Source of the DNA: Elusimicrobiota bacterium
GTDB lineage: Bacteria > CAYTYR01 > UBA6262
Direction: 5' to 3'
Length of the DNA stretch: 64,000 bases
Assembly: GCA_003153935.1 (NCBI GenBank)
Contig: PMCA01000011.1
Location: 67,912-131,911, forward strand
Shown one piece after another: positions 1-9,564 of this stretch (its first letter is position 1; each line of letters starts with the position of its first letter). The notes beneath the pieces were generated by a model. It was not told the origin of the DNA and searched no databases. It worked only from the letters and a program-made list of their open reading frames with translations. The translations under genes and the position numbers were made by a program.

Positions 1-594
1 GATCTTATAATTGGCGCCTATCTGAAAGAGCCGGGCCTTATTTATTACCAGTTCCCCGACCAGGTTCATCAAGTTATCCAGGTGTTCGATGTTAATACGC
101 ACGCTGGTCTGGGTTTTTTTCTTGTCGGCTTCGCTACTTACTGTTTTTTTTTCGCCTGCGGTGGAATCGGTCGGTGTTTCTTTCGCCGGAGCCGGACCTT
201 CGGCTGGCTTAGTCTCCAGGACCATCTTCAACTTGACGGTCATGGCCGTAATATCCACTTTGCGGTCTTCCCCGCTGGCCACTTCCTGTAACAATGGCTC
301 CAGCACATCCAGGGCTTTGAACAGCACTTCGATAATTTCCGGAGTGACCTTAGCTTCCTGTTTGCGCAGGACATCCAGCAGGTCTTCCATCTGGTGCGCC
401 AGGGTGGTGATCTTCTGGTAACCCATGGTCGCCGCCATACCTTTCATGGTATGGGCCAAACGAAAGATCTCGTTCAATAGCTCCAGGTTTTCCGGGGCTT
501 TTTCCAATTCCAACAGGGATTTGTTGAGATTCTGGAGATATTCCGTCGCTTCACTGATGAACATGTCCTTATAGCGCGACATATCTTCGGTCAT
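1..594 (-). CDS. cheA: Chemotaxis histidine kinase CheA, N-terminal part (gene continues beyond window start)
   Basis: Reverse-strand translation from the ATG at 594 gives MTEDMSRYKDMFISEATEYL...HTMKGMAATMGY (Hpt/P1 phospho-His motif) followed by SVRINIEHLDNLMNLVGELVINKARL (start of dimerisation/kinase region). Not in the ORF track because it is truncated at the window edge. Confidence 0.85.
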   Translation of the reverse strand, partial: MTEDMSRYKDMFISEATEYLQNLNKSLLELEKAPENLELLNEIFRLAHTMKGMAATMGYQKITTLAHQMEDLLDVLRKQEAKVTPEIIEVLFKALDVLEPLLQEVASGEDRKVDITAMTVKLKMVLETKPAEGPAPAKETPTDSTAGEKKTVSSEADKKKTQTSVRINIEHLDNLMNLVGELVINKARLFQIGANYKI

Positions 595-603
595 GGCAAC
601 CCC

Positions 604-1659
604 TTAGATCAGTTTTAATATCTCTTCGACAATCTTATTGGCTGGCACTACTTTATCAACTACTCCCTCTTCGATAGCCGCCTTGGCCATGCCAAAGACG
701 ATACTGGAAGATTCATCCTGGGCGATAGTCTTGCCGCCCACCGCCTTGATCGCTTTGAGTCCTTTAACGCCGTCACGGCCCATGCCGCTCAACAGGACGC
801 CGATGGCTTTCGCTCCGTATACTTGCGCCGCGGCTTCCATCATCGCGTCAATGCAAGGTTTTACCCGGTGAATGGAGGGTTCACTTGATAAAGTAATTGC
901 TCCGCCTTTCTTTATTCTTTCCACCTTTATAGTATAGCTTTCGGGCGCTAAAAAGGCTGTAGAGGAGGGGACAATATCCCCGATCTTGGCCTCCCGTACG
1001 CCGATCTTGGAAATATTGCTTAAACGTTCGGTGAAAGATTTGATAAAAAATGATGGCATATGTTGCGCCACCAAAACTCCGCTGGGCAGGTCATAAGGGA
1101 ATAAGGGCATGATCTCCATCAGCACTTTCGGCCCTCCGGCTGAAGATCCGATGCAAATTACCCGGTCAGACGGTTCCGCCACTCCGGTCACTCTCTCCCG
1201 GATACGGGTGGTGGGATATAAAACTTTCAATTTATTGCGGTCGATGCGGGCAGCGATCTTGATCTTGTCGATTAATTCGTTCTTGACTTTATCAATCTCC
1301 ATTTTGATACTGCCCAGATCAGCGTCTTGGGGCTTGGTAACAAAATCTACGGCACCGAATTCCAGCGCTTTTAGCGTGGCCTCCGCTCCATCCCTGGTAA
1401 CCTTGCTGAACATAACTACCGGCGTCGGATTGGTCTTCATCAACATCTCCAGGGCAGTCAAACCATCCATTTCCGGCATAATAATGTCCAGGGTGATAAC
1501 GTCGGGATTAAGATTTTTGACCTTCTCTACCGTTTCCCGGCCGTCACTGGCGGTACCTACCACGGTTATCTGCGGGTCAGAATTAAGCATATCCGTGATG
1601 ATTTTGCGCATAAAGTTGCTATCATCAACAACCAGTACCTTTATCTTTTCCACGCTCAA
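604..1659 (-). CDS. cheB: Protein-glutamate methylesterase CheB (REC + CheB methylesterase domains)
   Basis: N-terminal receiver KVLVVDDSNFMRK...LDIIMPEMDG. C-terminal methylesterase with GSSAGGP and the conserved catalytic region. 351 aa. Confidence 0.9.
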   Translation of the reverse strand: MSVEKIKVLVVDDSNFMRKIITDMLNSDPQITVVGTASDGRETVEKVKNLNPDVITLDIIMPEMDGLTALEMLMKTNPTPVVMFSKVTRDGAEATLKALEFGAVDFVTKPQDADLGSIKMEIDKVKNELIDKIKIAARIDRNKLKVLYPTTRIRERVTGVAEPSDRVICIGSSAGGPKVLMEIMPLFPYDLPSGVLVAQHMPSFFIKSFTERLSNISKIGVREAKIGDIVPSSTAFLAPESYTIKVERIKKGGAITLSSEPSIHRVKPCIDAMMEAAAQVYGAKAIGVLLSGMGRDGVKGLKAIKAVGGKTIAQDESSSIVFGMAKAAIEEGVVDKVVPANKIVEEILKLI

Positions 1660-1676
1660 ACCCCTTTCCTCAATGG

Positions 1677-2042
1677 TTACGTCTTCAAAACTTTTCTAAC
1701 CGCTTCAATCACCTTTTCCGGCTGGAACGGTTTGATAATGAAATTTTTGGCACCGGCTTGCATGGCTTCCACGATCAGAGCTTCCTGCCCCATGGCACTG
1801 ACCATCAGGATCTGGGCGCTGCCATTTACTTTCATGATCTCCTTAACCGCTTTAATCCCGTTCTCTCCCGGCATGATGATATCCATGGTTACCAGATCGG
1901 GTTTTAATTCGGTATACTTGGCCACAGCTTGTTCGGCGTTTTCCGCTTCCCCGGCAATTTCATAACCCTCTTTAGAAAGAATGTTCTTGAGGGTCATACG
2001 CATGAAAGCTGAGTCATCCACAATCATAATCCTTGTTCCCAT
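1677..2042 (-). CDS. cheY: Single-domain response regulator, CheY-like
   Basis: 121 aa, IMIVDDSAFMR...DLVTMDIIMPGENG...KNFIIKPF. Sits between cheR and cheB. Confidence 0.8.
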   Translation of the reverse strand: MGTRIMIVDDSAFMRMTLKNILSKEGYEIAGEAENAEQAVAKYTELKPDLVTMDIIMPGENGIKAVKEIMKVNGSAQILMVSAMGQEALIVEAMQAGAKNFIIKPFQPEKVIEAVRKVLKT

Positions 2043-2088
2043 AATTTATCGCCTCCCCCTTTTGTTGAGTTCGTTGAAAACCTGAACT

Positions 2089-2904
2089 CTAGCTTTTTTG
2101 GAAAATCCGTTCGGTTACATTGAACCTTTCGAATAAACCCTCGTTGACGCTCATTAAGCTTTCTACTTTCCCCAGGACCAGGAATCCTTTAGGATTCAGG
2201 CTTTTGTAAAAATTCACCAGCATCCTGGTCTGCATTTCCTTGGTCAGGTAGATCATCACGTTGCGGCAAAAAACAATATCCAGGTTCTTCAGCGGTTCCT
2301 CGCGGATAAAATCATGTTTGATGAATTTAACCATCGAGCGGATCTCATCTTTGACCCGGAATTTGCCGGTTTCCGGTATAAAATACTTGCTTACTACATC
2401 CGGCACCGCGTTCTCCAGGGCGGCCGGCCCGTAAATCCCGGCCCGGGCCTTATTCAAACTGAAATCATCTATGTCCGTCCCAAAAATAGAAATAGTATAC
2501 TTGTCCAGGTTGCTTTTGAGCCGGTCCATCAGGCAAATAGAGATGGAATACGGTTCTTCGCCGCTGGAACAACCGCAGCTCCAAACCCTGATGATATTAT
2601 TCTGGCTCTTTTTCTTTTCTGCCAGTAGCGAAGGTATCACCACGCTGTCAAAAACCTTATACACGGATATGTCCCGGAAGAACTGGGTAACATTGATAGT
2701 AATATCGTCAAAGAGCTTAATATACTCTTCCGGGTGGTTATCCAGAACGTTGGCGTATTCATTGAAGGTGGACACCTTCCAGGCCCGCATGCGCACGCCA
2801 AAGCGTCTTTTCAGGTAACTTTCACGGTACTGCCGGCAATCAAATCCGCGATCCTTAAAAATTTTCCTGACTAAATATTCAAAATCCGGTTCGCTATATG
2901 TCAT
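2089..2904 (-). CDS. cheR: Chemotaxis protein methyltransferase CheR
   Basis: 271 aa with CheR N-terminal helical domain and SAM-MTase region (IRVWSCGCSSGEEPYSI, VFCRNVMIYL). Confidence 0.9.
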   Translation of the reverse strand: MTYSEPDFEYLVRKIFKDRGFDCRQYRESYLKRRFGVRMRAWKVSTFNEYANVLDNHPEEYIKLFDDITINVTQFFRDISVYKVFDSVVIPSLLAEKKKSQNNIIRVWSCGCSSGEEPYSISICLMDRLKSNLDKYTISIFGTDIDDFSLNKARAGIYGPAALENAVPDVVSKYFIPETGKFRVKDEIRSMVKFIKHDFIREEPLKNLDIVFCRNVMIYLTKEMQTRMLVNFYKSLNPKGFLVLGKVESLMSVNEGLFERFNVTERIFQKS

Positions 2905-2905
2905 T

Positions 2906-3445
2906 TTATTCCGCTGCCGCCTGGTTTTCTTTTTTGGCGCCAGTGGCTCCCGGACCTTCCTCCGCAGCCATCTTATTCAATTTTTCCAGGGTGCTCTTCT
3001 CCAGGTCAGTCAGGACCTTATCCAGGTCCAGCAATATGATGAGGCGCCGATCCATTTTACCCACGCCCTTGAGGTATTCGGCGTCAATATCGGTAATGGT
3101 CGGCGGTAAAGGGTCGATCGCATCATTGGCAAGGCGCAGGACTTCACTCACGCTGTCTACCACCAACCCGACGGTTTGGCTGGAAACCTCGGCCACTACC
3201 ACCCGGGTATTGGCGTCATCCTCCTTTTTGGTCAGACCGAAACGGTCCCGCAGGTCGATTATGGGGATAATCTTGCCGCGCAGATTGATCACGCCCTCTA
3301 CAAAAGTGGGCATGCCCGGTATACGGGTGATACCTACCGGGCGAATAATTTCCTGAACTTGCGCGATGCCGATGCCATATTCTTCGTTGGACAGGCCAAA
3401 GACCACTATTTGGGAGGTGCCTTCTTCTTTCTTCTCCTGGATCAT
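2906..3445 (-). CDS. cheW: Chemotaxis coupling protein CheW
   Basis: 179 aa CheW-like domain (VVFGLSNEEYGIGIAQVQEIIRPVGITRIPGMPTFVEGVINLRGKIIPIIDLRDRFGL). Confidence 0.85.
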   Translation of the reverse strand: MIQEKKEEGTSQIVVFGLSNEEYGIGIAQVQEIIRPVGITRIPGMPTFVEGVINLRGKIIPIIDLRDRFGLTKKEDDANTRVVVAEVSSQTVGLVVDSVSEVLRLANDAIDPLPPTITDIDAEYLKGVGKMDRRLIILLDLDKVLTDLEKSTLEKLNKMAAEEGPGATGAKKENQAAAE

Positions 3446-3514
3446 GTTGGTCTCCTTAAAATTATCCTTGGACCTCGACCATATTTTTGGTAAAGTTAGA
3501 CTCTATTCAATTGA

Positions 3515-3543
3515 TTTTATTATATATCCGGGCACTTTGTCAA
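3515..3543 (-). promoter_or_regulatory. Candidate sigma70-like promoter upstream of cheW (minus-strand TTGACA at 3543..3538 with an AT-rich TATATAAT-like -10)
   Basis: Minus-strand sequence is TTGACAaagtgcccggaTATATAATaaaa in the 120-bp gap between pilQ and cheW. Spacer length is ambiguous. Confidence 0.2.
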
Positions 3544-3565
3544 GTACATTTATCCGTCAGGAATT

Positions 3566-5119
3566 TTATTTCCTCTCCTGCTCTATTTTCAACATATTTT
3601 CGCGGGAATATTCCTCGATCCGGCTGGAAGTCAGGATATGAGGCGTGACAAAGATCATCAGGTCGACTTTCTGAACTGTATCGCTGTTTTGCCGGAACAG
3701 GGCCCCCAGCAAGGGAATGCTGCCCAGGATCGGGATCTTATAAGAAACCTTGGATTTGCGGGTGGTGGTCAAACCTCCGATTACCACGGTTTTGCCGTCG
3801 CGCACGTTAACCTTGGTAGAAGCTTTCCGGAGAGATCTTATCGGGATCCCGATGTTTTCCCCGTTCTGGAAGGATACTTCCGGTTCCAGCTCCAGGTTAA
3901 CTACGTTACCCTCTTTAATATGCGGCGTAACGCCCAGGATTATACCGACATCCAGAAATTCTATGGCGTACTGAGGATTACCCTTGGCGTCATAGCCGGA
4001 AAATTGGTTATACGGGAACTTATCGGTTATTTCTATCCTGGCCTTTTCATTGTTGACCACCGTAATGGTGGGATTGGACAGGAGTTCGGCCTTATTGGTA
4101 GTTACCAGCGCGTTGATCATGGCCCGGAATTTATCTGTTACTTCGCCGTAAACCAGGCTAGTGCCCAGGCCCTGCGTAACATAACCCAGATTCTGGGTAT
4201 CCGTAGCTATGGGTGGGGTGTTGTACACGGTATTAAAAGTGAAAGTCTGGCCATGGCTGCCAGGCTGGTAGATCCACTGGGCGCCGATCTGGCTCAAAAC
4301 ATTGGAATTCACTTCAACTAATTCCGCGCTGATGATAACCTGGGGAGTTTCCCGGTCCAATTTCAGCACTAGGTCCGCGATCTTATCCAGAATATTATTC
4401 TGATCCTTAACTACCAAGGAGTTCAGGCTTTCATCCACATCCGCGGCTCCGTCCGAAGACAGGGTCTTGGCGATCTCATCCTTTACTTTGGCCGCGGAGG
4501 CGTATTGCAAGGTGAAAACACGGGTTTGAACTTCGGTGCCGGACCCGGCGGGCCGTTCTGAACCGGCCGATTTCACGTCCAGCGCGTCAATGACATCAAT
4601 GATACGGTTAAAATTCCTATAGGTATCGGAAACTATCAGAACTTTGGTCTCGCGGTCCACGTCGATATTACCTTGCGCGCTTAACACATTGACCACCGTG
4701 GTCTTAGCTTGCAGCGGATCCATGTTCTTGATGTTGAAGATCCGGGTATCGATCTGGGTGGGCAGGAGAGCCGAGATCTCGATAATATTTTTATCCGGGA
4801 AAACCTTATAGGCGAAACCGCTGTTGGTGAGAATGGAGGTCAGCACGTCTTCGATCGGTACATCCTTAAAAAAGAAATTAACCTTGCGGCCCCGAACCTT
4901 GTCCACCAGATAAAAATTTATGTTGTTCTGCTGGGACAGGAGTCGGAGAGCATCGTCCAGGTCGACGTTGCGGAAATCGATGGAGATTTTCTTGGCTCGG
5001 ACCAGATCCCAAAAATTCGGATTGTCCGCGGCCCAAAGCCGGGCCGTCGGCAGCGGCCCCGGTACTATCCAGGAAACCGCCAGGAACAGCGCTATTGCCA
5101 AGATTATTTTTTTATACAT
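3566..5119 (-). CDS. pilQ: Type IV pilus secretin PilQ
   Basis: 517 aa. Signal peptide, N-terminal AMIN/N0-like region, C-terminal secretin domain (VISAELVEVNSN, GGLTTTRKSKVSYKIPILGSIPLLGALFR, LMIFVTPHIL). Confidence 0.85.
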   Translation of the reverse strand: MYKKIILAIALFLAVSWIVPGPLPTARLWAADNPNFWDLVRAKKISIDFRNVDLDDALRLLSQQNNINFYLVDKVRGRKVNFFFKDVPIEDVLTSILTNSGFAYKVFPDKNIIEISALLPTQIDTRIFNIKNMDPLQAKTTVVNVLSAQGNIDVDRETKVLIVSDTYRNFNRIIDVIDALDVKSAGSERPAGSGTEVQTRVFTLQYASAAKVKDEIAKTLSSDGAADVDESLNSLVVKDQNNILDKIADLVLKLDRETPQVIISAELVEVNSNVLSQIGAQWIYQPGSHGQTFTFNTVYNTPPIATDTQNLGYVTQGLGTSLVYGEVTDKFRAMINALVTTNKAELLSNPTITVVNNEKARIEITDKFPYNQFSGYDAKGNPQYAIEFLDVGIILGVTPHIKEGNVVNLELEPEVSFQNGENIGIPIRSLRKASTKVNVRDGKTVVIGGLTTTRKSKVSYKIPILGSIPLLGALFRQNSDTVQKVDLMIFVTPHILTSSRIEEYSRENMLKIEQERK

Positions 5120-5123
5120 TGCC

Positions 5124-5678
5124 TCAACCTCCCCTGACCCTCAAAGTTATAGTTTTCGCATCGTTTTTTAGCAATACCCGGTTCTTTAAAATACTTATGA
5201 CCAGGTAAGCTTTTTTACCTTTGATATAAAGATATTCGCCTTCGTGCACTACTTGACCGTTAATGACCGCCAAGGCTTTATTCTTGTACCAGGCTATGCC
5301 TGTAAGCTCCAGCAGGTCTTCCTCTTTAGCGGGAGTTACCGCTACAGGACCGGGAGTTACCGTATTATTCTCCGGGCTCGAATCGCCTGCACCGACAAAG
5401 GGATCCCGGCCCCAAGCTTGGCCGCTGCTGTCACCAGCCGCTTCCGGTGTTGATCCCAGTACGGCGAATTCCTTCTCCGTCGTATTGGCCCTGGTCGATG
5501 GTACGGACTCAACCGGTACCGCAGTGTCCGTCACTTCTCCCGTCGCCGCGGGCGCGCTTTCCGGTGCCGGAGTTGGTTTTAATACCATCTGTTTGTAAAC
5601 AAATAAAATAGCCAGTCCCAGCGCGACCAGGATAATGATTTGCTTTTTGTCGGGTGACTTCTTTCCTTCCGGAGCCAT
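5124..5678 (-). CDS. PilP-like pilus assembly protein (membrane anchor, Pro/Ala-rich linker, C-terminal beta domain)
   Basis: 184 aa. N-terminal TM helix, a low-complexity linker rich in Pro, Ala, Thr and Glu, and a C-terminal KALAVINGQVVHEGEYL...LLKNDAKTITLRV like PilP/GspC beta-sandwich. Sits between pilO and pilQ. Confidence 0.5.
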   Translation of the reverse strand: MAPEGKKSPDKKQIIILVALGLAILFVYKQMVLKPTPAPESAPAATGEVTDTAVPVESVPSTRANTTEKEFAVLGSTPEAAGDSSGQAWGRDPFVGAGDSSPENNTVTPGPVAVTPAKEEDLLELTGIAWYKNKALAVINGQVVHEGEYLYIKGKKAYLVISILKNRVLLKNDAKTITLRVRGG

Positions 5679-5680
5679 GG

Positions 5681-6244
5681 TTATCCTTCACTGCTAATGA
5701 TATACGTATATACCTGCAGGGTAACATCGATATAAGGCAGCTTTTCCGTATTGCGGGTGATCTTCAGGCTTTCCACCTTGATCAACCGTGGCAGTTTTTT
5801 CAAGTTAGCTAAATATTCGCCCAAATTACGGTAACGGCAGCGCATGGTGATCTCGATCGGCAGCCGGTTATAGGACAAACCTCCCTGCTGTTCCCCTGTT
5901 TCCAGGGGTTTAGTATTGATCGAAACATAAGTGATATTAGCCTGGTTGGCCACAGTGGCCAGGGCTTGCAGCAAGCTGGGGATCTGCTTGGAATCCGGCA
6001 GTTTATTCCTAAAGTACTGCCATTGCTGTTCCATCTTACCGGCTTCTTCGCGGATCTTATTCAGGTCCCGCAGAAATTCGTAGGCTCGTTGTATCTCATC
6101 GTTTATTTGTTGTATCTCCGCTTTTTGCTGCGCGATCTTATCACGGGCCGGCTGGATAAAGAAATACTGGCTGAAGCCGGCGATACCGGCGAAGATCAGG
6201 AAGTATTTCAATAAAGCCTTTTCTTTCGCGCCTATCTTTTTCAT
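5681..6244 (-). CDS. pilO: Type IV pilus assembly protein PilO
   Basis: 187 aa. N-terminal TM, coiled coil, C-terminal ferredoxin-like region. Sits between pilMN and pilP-like. Confidence 0.7.
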   Translation of the reverse strand: MKKIGAKEKALLKYFLIFAGIAGFSQYFFIQPARDKIAQQKAEIQQINDEIQRAYEFLRDLNKIREEAGKMEQQWQYFRNKLPDSKQIPSLLQALATVANQANITYVSINTKPLETGEQQGGLSYNRLPIEITMRCRYRNLGEYLANLKKLPRLIKVESLKITRNTEKLPYIDVTLQVYTYIISSEG

Positions 6245-8004
6245 GGTTGGCCGCCAAGCTCGTCTTTTAGTTTACACTGCACCTCGAACGTTATAAAATT
6301 TTTATTCTGTCCTGCCGCTTCCTGCTCCTTTTGCAGGGAGATCAAGTCGGTATCCTTAAAATAGGCCGATTTTTCCAGTGCTTGCAAGAACTGGGCCAGG
6401 ACCGCCTCCGGCCGGTCTCCTCCCAGCATCACCATGCCTTTTAAATTGAGAATGGGTAAGAGTGACGGCGGTGTTACTCTCGGAGTGCCAGCAGCTTCGG
6501 CTCCGGTGGTCGGCGGCGGAACCGCGGAGGCGTCAATTTTTTCCTTTTCAAAGGAAAGTTCATCCAAAATTACCCGGCCGGGGGTTATGTTGCTCAGGGA
6601 CTTGAGCATTTCTACCCATTTAGGATCTCCGACCGTCAATAGGTTGATTAAATTTTGCCGGGTGGTCATTTTTTCTTTTAATTGCTGCAGTTCATAGGCC
6701 TGGGATACCTGCTGTTTAATATCATCCAGGGCCGTCTGGTTGCTGGACACGATCTTCTGATAAGTCCTGATTTGCATGTACAATGAAATATAGACCATGC
6801 CAAAAATGAAAACTATCAGGAAACTGATAATGGCTGTCATAGCGCTGCGGGCAGTCTTAGAGGCCTGCTCCTTCAGCTCCTGCGGCAACAGGTTGATGCC
6901 TTTGGTACCGGTCAGCGCCGCGCCGACAGCAATGGATAATCGCGGGCTCAGTTCGGCCAGTTCTTTTTGGCGCTCCTCCGGCAAGTCCATCTGTATGTTT
7001 TTTAGGGGTTGGCTTACTTCGACGTCCATGCCTAAAGCGCCTTGCAGGAATTCACGCAACCCTTTTAATTCCGCGTTGCCGCCCAACAAAACTACTTTGG
7101 CCACCCGCCGGCCGCGCGATTCTTCTCGATAATAGTCCAGGGAACGGCGTATTTCGTTGGCCAACCGCTCCATCACCGGCCGCACTAAAGGCACGATCTG
7201 GTTGCTATTGATCTCGGGGGTCAACTGCTGGGGATTTTTTTCATCCGGAATGCCCCAGTTCTTTTTCAGGATATCCGCCTGATTTATATCTATTTCTATC
7301 TGCCCGCTGTCAGAGATCAGGGTGCCAACCATAGCCCGGGTGATGGTGTTGCCGCCTAGCGGAATCTCCCGGTTAAAGACCAGGGTTTCCCCAAAGAATA
7401 TGTTGATCGTGGTGGCTTCGGCGCCGGTATTGACCACGGCCAGGGCCTCATCAGCCTTGAAATAATCATTTTTCTTAAAGATCTCCCGCAGGGCGAAAGG
7501 CGCGACAGTGACGCTTTGCGGGCGTATCTGCACGTTCTGCAGCAGGGCCAGGTGCTGGTCGATAACGAATTTCTCTACGGCTACTACCAGCAGTTCCAGC
7601 TTCTTAACATTTTTATCGGTAACTTCTCCCAATACCTGATAATCTACTACCGCGTTCTCAATAGGGAAGGGGATGTGCTCCTTGGCTTCCCATTTCACCG
7701 CCTCCAGCAATTCATCTTTGGGCATGTTCGGCACCAACACTTTGCGTACCGACACGCGCTGGCCGGAGATCACCGTAACTATTCTGGTTTTTTTAAGATT
7801 GATCCCTTCGATACTTTTGCGCAATACCTCCAGGACTACTTCCATGGAAACATTTTCTTTTTTCTCGGTACTTAAGGGAAATTCACCTATGCGGTAGTCC
7901 ACTACCGCCAAGCCATTGACGCTTTCTTTCAGCACGATGACCTTAACCGCGGTGGTACCGATATCCAAACCCACCAAAGGTTGTATGTTACGGATGAATT
8001 TCAC
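6241..8004 (-). CDS. pilMN: PilM-PilN fusion protein (actin-like ATPase PilM fused to bitopic PilN)
   Basis: 587 aa. N-terminal ~360 aa PilM/FtsA-like (VGLDIGTTAVKVIVL, VVNTGAEATTINIF), then the INLLP motif that starts PilN, a TM helix (AMTAIISFLIVFIFGMVYISLY) and a periplasmic domain. Confidence 0.8.
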   Translation of the reverse strand: MKFIRNIQPLVGLDIGTTAVKVIVLKESVNGLAVVDYRIGEFPLSTEKKENVSMEVVLEVLRKSIEGINLKKTRIVTVISGQRVSVRKVLVPNMPKDELLEAVKWEAKEHIPFPIENAVVDYQVLGEVTDKNVKKLELLVVAVEKFVIDQHLALLQNVQIRPQSVTVAPFALREIFKKNDYFKADEALAVVNTGAEATTINIFFGETLVFNREIPLGGNTITRAMVGTLISDSGQIEIDINQADILKKNWGIPDEKNPQQLTPEINSNQIVPLVRPVMERLANEIRRSLDYYREESRGRRVAKVVLLGGNAELKGLREFLQGALGMDVEVSQPLKNIQMDLPEERQKELAELSPRLSIAVGAALTGTKGINLLPQELKEQASKTARSAMTAIISFLIVFIFGMVYISLYMQIRTYQKIVSSNQTALDDIKQQVSQAYELQQLKEKMTTRQNLINLLTVGDPKWVEMLKSLSNITPGRVILDELSFEKEKIDASAVPPPTTGAEAAGTPRVTPPSLLPILNLKGMVMLGGDRPEAVLAQFLQALEKSAYFKDTDLISLQKEQEAAGQNKNFITFEVQCKLKDELGGQP

Positions 8005-8028
8005 TCTTTTCCCTTTCGTACCGCAAAC

Positions 8029-8994
8029 TTAATATAAAGCCGCATTGCTGTAAACATTACTGCTGATCTGATCCCAGATGGAAGTTATATTGGTATTCGC
8101 CAAAGTACTCGGCATCACCCGGAAGATGGTAGCTCCCGGTCCGGGAGTACTGGTCAACACGCAACTGCGCACATATTTCTCGGTGAAACTGGCTCCGGAT
8201 ATGTTGTTAATGCGGCAGCGCGAGCGGATGCGTATCCAGGGCACTTCGATCTCGCTCATTTGCACCCGGTTCCCGCTATAACCGGTGATATTACACTGCA
8301 AATAATTAACGTCGGTAACAACAGCCGGAAAAATATCGTTCCACTGGTTGGTTCCGGGATCAACGGCCCGAGTATATCTAACCGTGTAAGTTACGCCGTC
8401 AGTCGAAGTAGACCAGGAATAATTTGTCGGCCGTCCCGCCGCTGCCGCTCCCTGGCGCCTCATTCTTATTTCATTAACGGCGTAATTAGAGCCGTTGGGG
8501 AACTGGATGGTCAAAGTTACCAGCGGGCCGGGGTTATTGACGGTCCGCCAACTGCTCGCCATATTACCATCCACGGCATTAGCCAGGACATTCGCTCCTT
8601 GTACGCCCACATTGGAAGTAATATTAGCGATACCAAAAGGCGCCGGATTAGTACTCAAAGCCAGATTCCAATTATCAACAAGGAAACTGTAACTTACCGA
8701 AAGATTATTTGGCAAATTCTCTGTCTGGGGACCGAAAGTTCCCAGGTTCCCGGCTGCCGGCTGGATCGTGTTCCAGATATTCAAGGAATTATTCTGTAAA
8801 TATTGCACCGCGCGGGCCTGGGCCGCGTCGGCGGCATAGAAAGCCTGGATGCCAGCTTGTTTAACGGCTACGTCCGCCGTACCCCGCCCGGTCAATTCTA
8901 TATAGGCGACCACTATGCCAGCGACCATGATAACGAAGAAAAATACGAAAATTAAGGCAAATCCGTTCTTTTTAGTTAATATTTTTAACGACAT
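8029..8994 (-). CDS. PilX-N family minor pilin-like protein with C-terminal discoidin (F5/8 type C)-like domain
   Basis: 321 aa. N-terminal hydrophobic PilX_N-like segment (GFALIFVFFFVIMVAGIVVAYIEL...AGIQAFYAADAAQARAV). C-terminal part matches the F5/8 type C pattern (ANAVDGNMASSWRT..PLVTLTIQFPNGSNYAVNEIRMRR...STDGVTYTVRY...VQMSEIEV). Confidence 0.6.
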   Translation of the reverse strand: MSLKILTKKNGFALIFVFFFVIMVAGIVVAYIELTGRGTADVAVKQAGIQAFYAADAAQARAVQYLQNNSLNIWNTIQPAAGNLGTFGPQTENLPNNLSVSYSFLVDNWNLALSTNPAPFGIANITSNVGVQGANVLANAVDGNMASSWRTVNNPGPLVTLTIQFPNGSNYAVNEIRMRRQGAAAAGRPTNYSWSTSTDGVTYTVRYTRAVDPGTNQWNDIFPAVVTDVNYLQCNITGYSGNRVQMSEIEVPWIRIRSRCRINNISGASFTEKYVRSCVLTSTPGPGATIFRVMPSTLANTNITSIWDQISSNVYSNAALY

Positions 8995-9530
8995 TATAGA
9001 TTCCGCGGATGTATTTCAAAACGCAAAGCCAAGTTTTGGGTATTTTTGGTTTCGTCAAGTGTCACGATTATCTGATTGCCGACACCGGAAAAATTAGTGC
9101 TGGGAGGTGGGTTTATACCATAGCAGAGTGAACGCCCCGAACCAAAAACCGGGACGCCATTATAGGTCATAAAACGTAATTCATAGGAAGCAAATGGGTA
9201 AGTGCTGGGCCAACCGGCATCACTGGGATTATAGAGGTAAAAGATACAGGATTCCGCGCCCGGAGTGGTCGGATCAACGTTGGCGGTAAAAATAATCCGC
9301 CCCGGATTAATGATCGTAAAAGTGCTGGCTTTCACTAAATAATTATTCATCAGGTCCCGGGCTTGGGATAACTCACCGCGCAGGTTATAAGTATCCTGGC
9401 CGCTGTTCCAGATTCTCATAACAGACGGGTAAAAAGAAACAGTTATGGCCAACAATATCGACAGGAGCGCTATGGCCACCAATAATTCGACTATCGTGAC
9501 ACCCTTCTGGCTGGGTATAATACTCTCCAC
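8994..9530 (-). CDS. Minor pilin / pseudopilin with prepilin N-terminal methylation motif (PilW-like)
   Basis: 178 aa. QKG|VTIVELLVAIALLSILLAI class III signal, then a beta-rich globular part. Confidence 0.65.
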   Translation of the reverse strand: MESIIPSQKGVTIVELLVAIALLSILLAITVSFYPSVMRIWNSGQDTYNLRGELSQARDLMNNYLVKASTFTIINPGRIIFTANVDPTTPGAESCIFYLYNPSDAGWPSTYPFASYELRFMTYNGVPVFGSGRSLCYGINPPPSTNFSGVGNQIIVTLDETKNTQNLALRFEIHPRNL

Positions 9531-9564
9531 CTCTACCTTAAATTATAAGCGCTATATATCTAAT

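Noticed and set aside
82-421. Plus-strand ORFs 82..291 and 89..421 from the ORF track
   Set aside because: They lie antisense to a clear CheA Hpt-domain reading frame on the minus strand. They are low-complexity and have no recognisable features.
1109-1699. Plus-strand 196-aa ORF antisense to cheB
   Set aside because: Ser/Thr/Ile-rich, typical of antisense frames in a coding region. cheB on the opposite strand is well supported.
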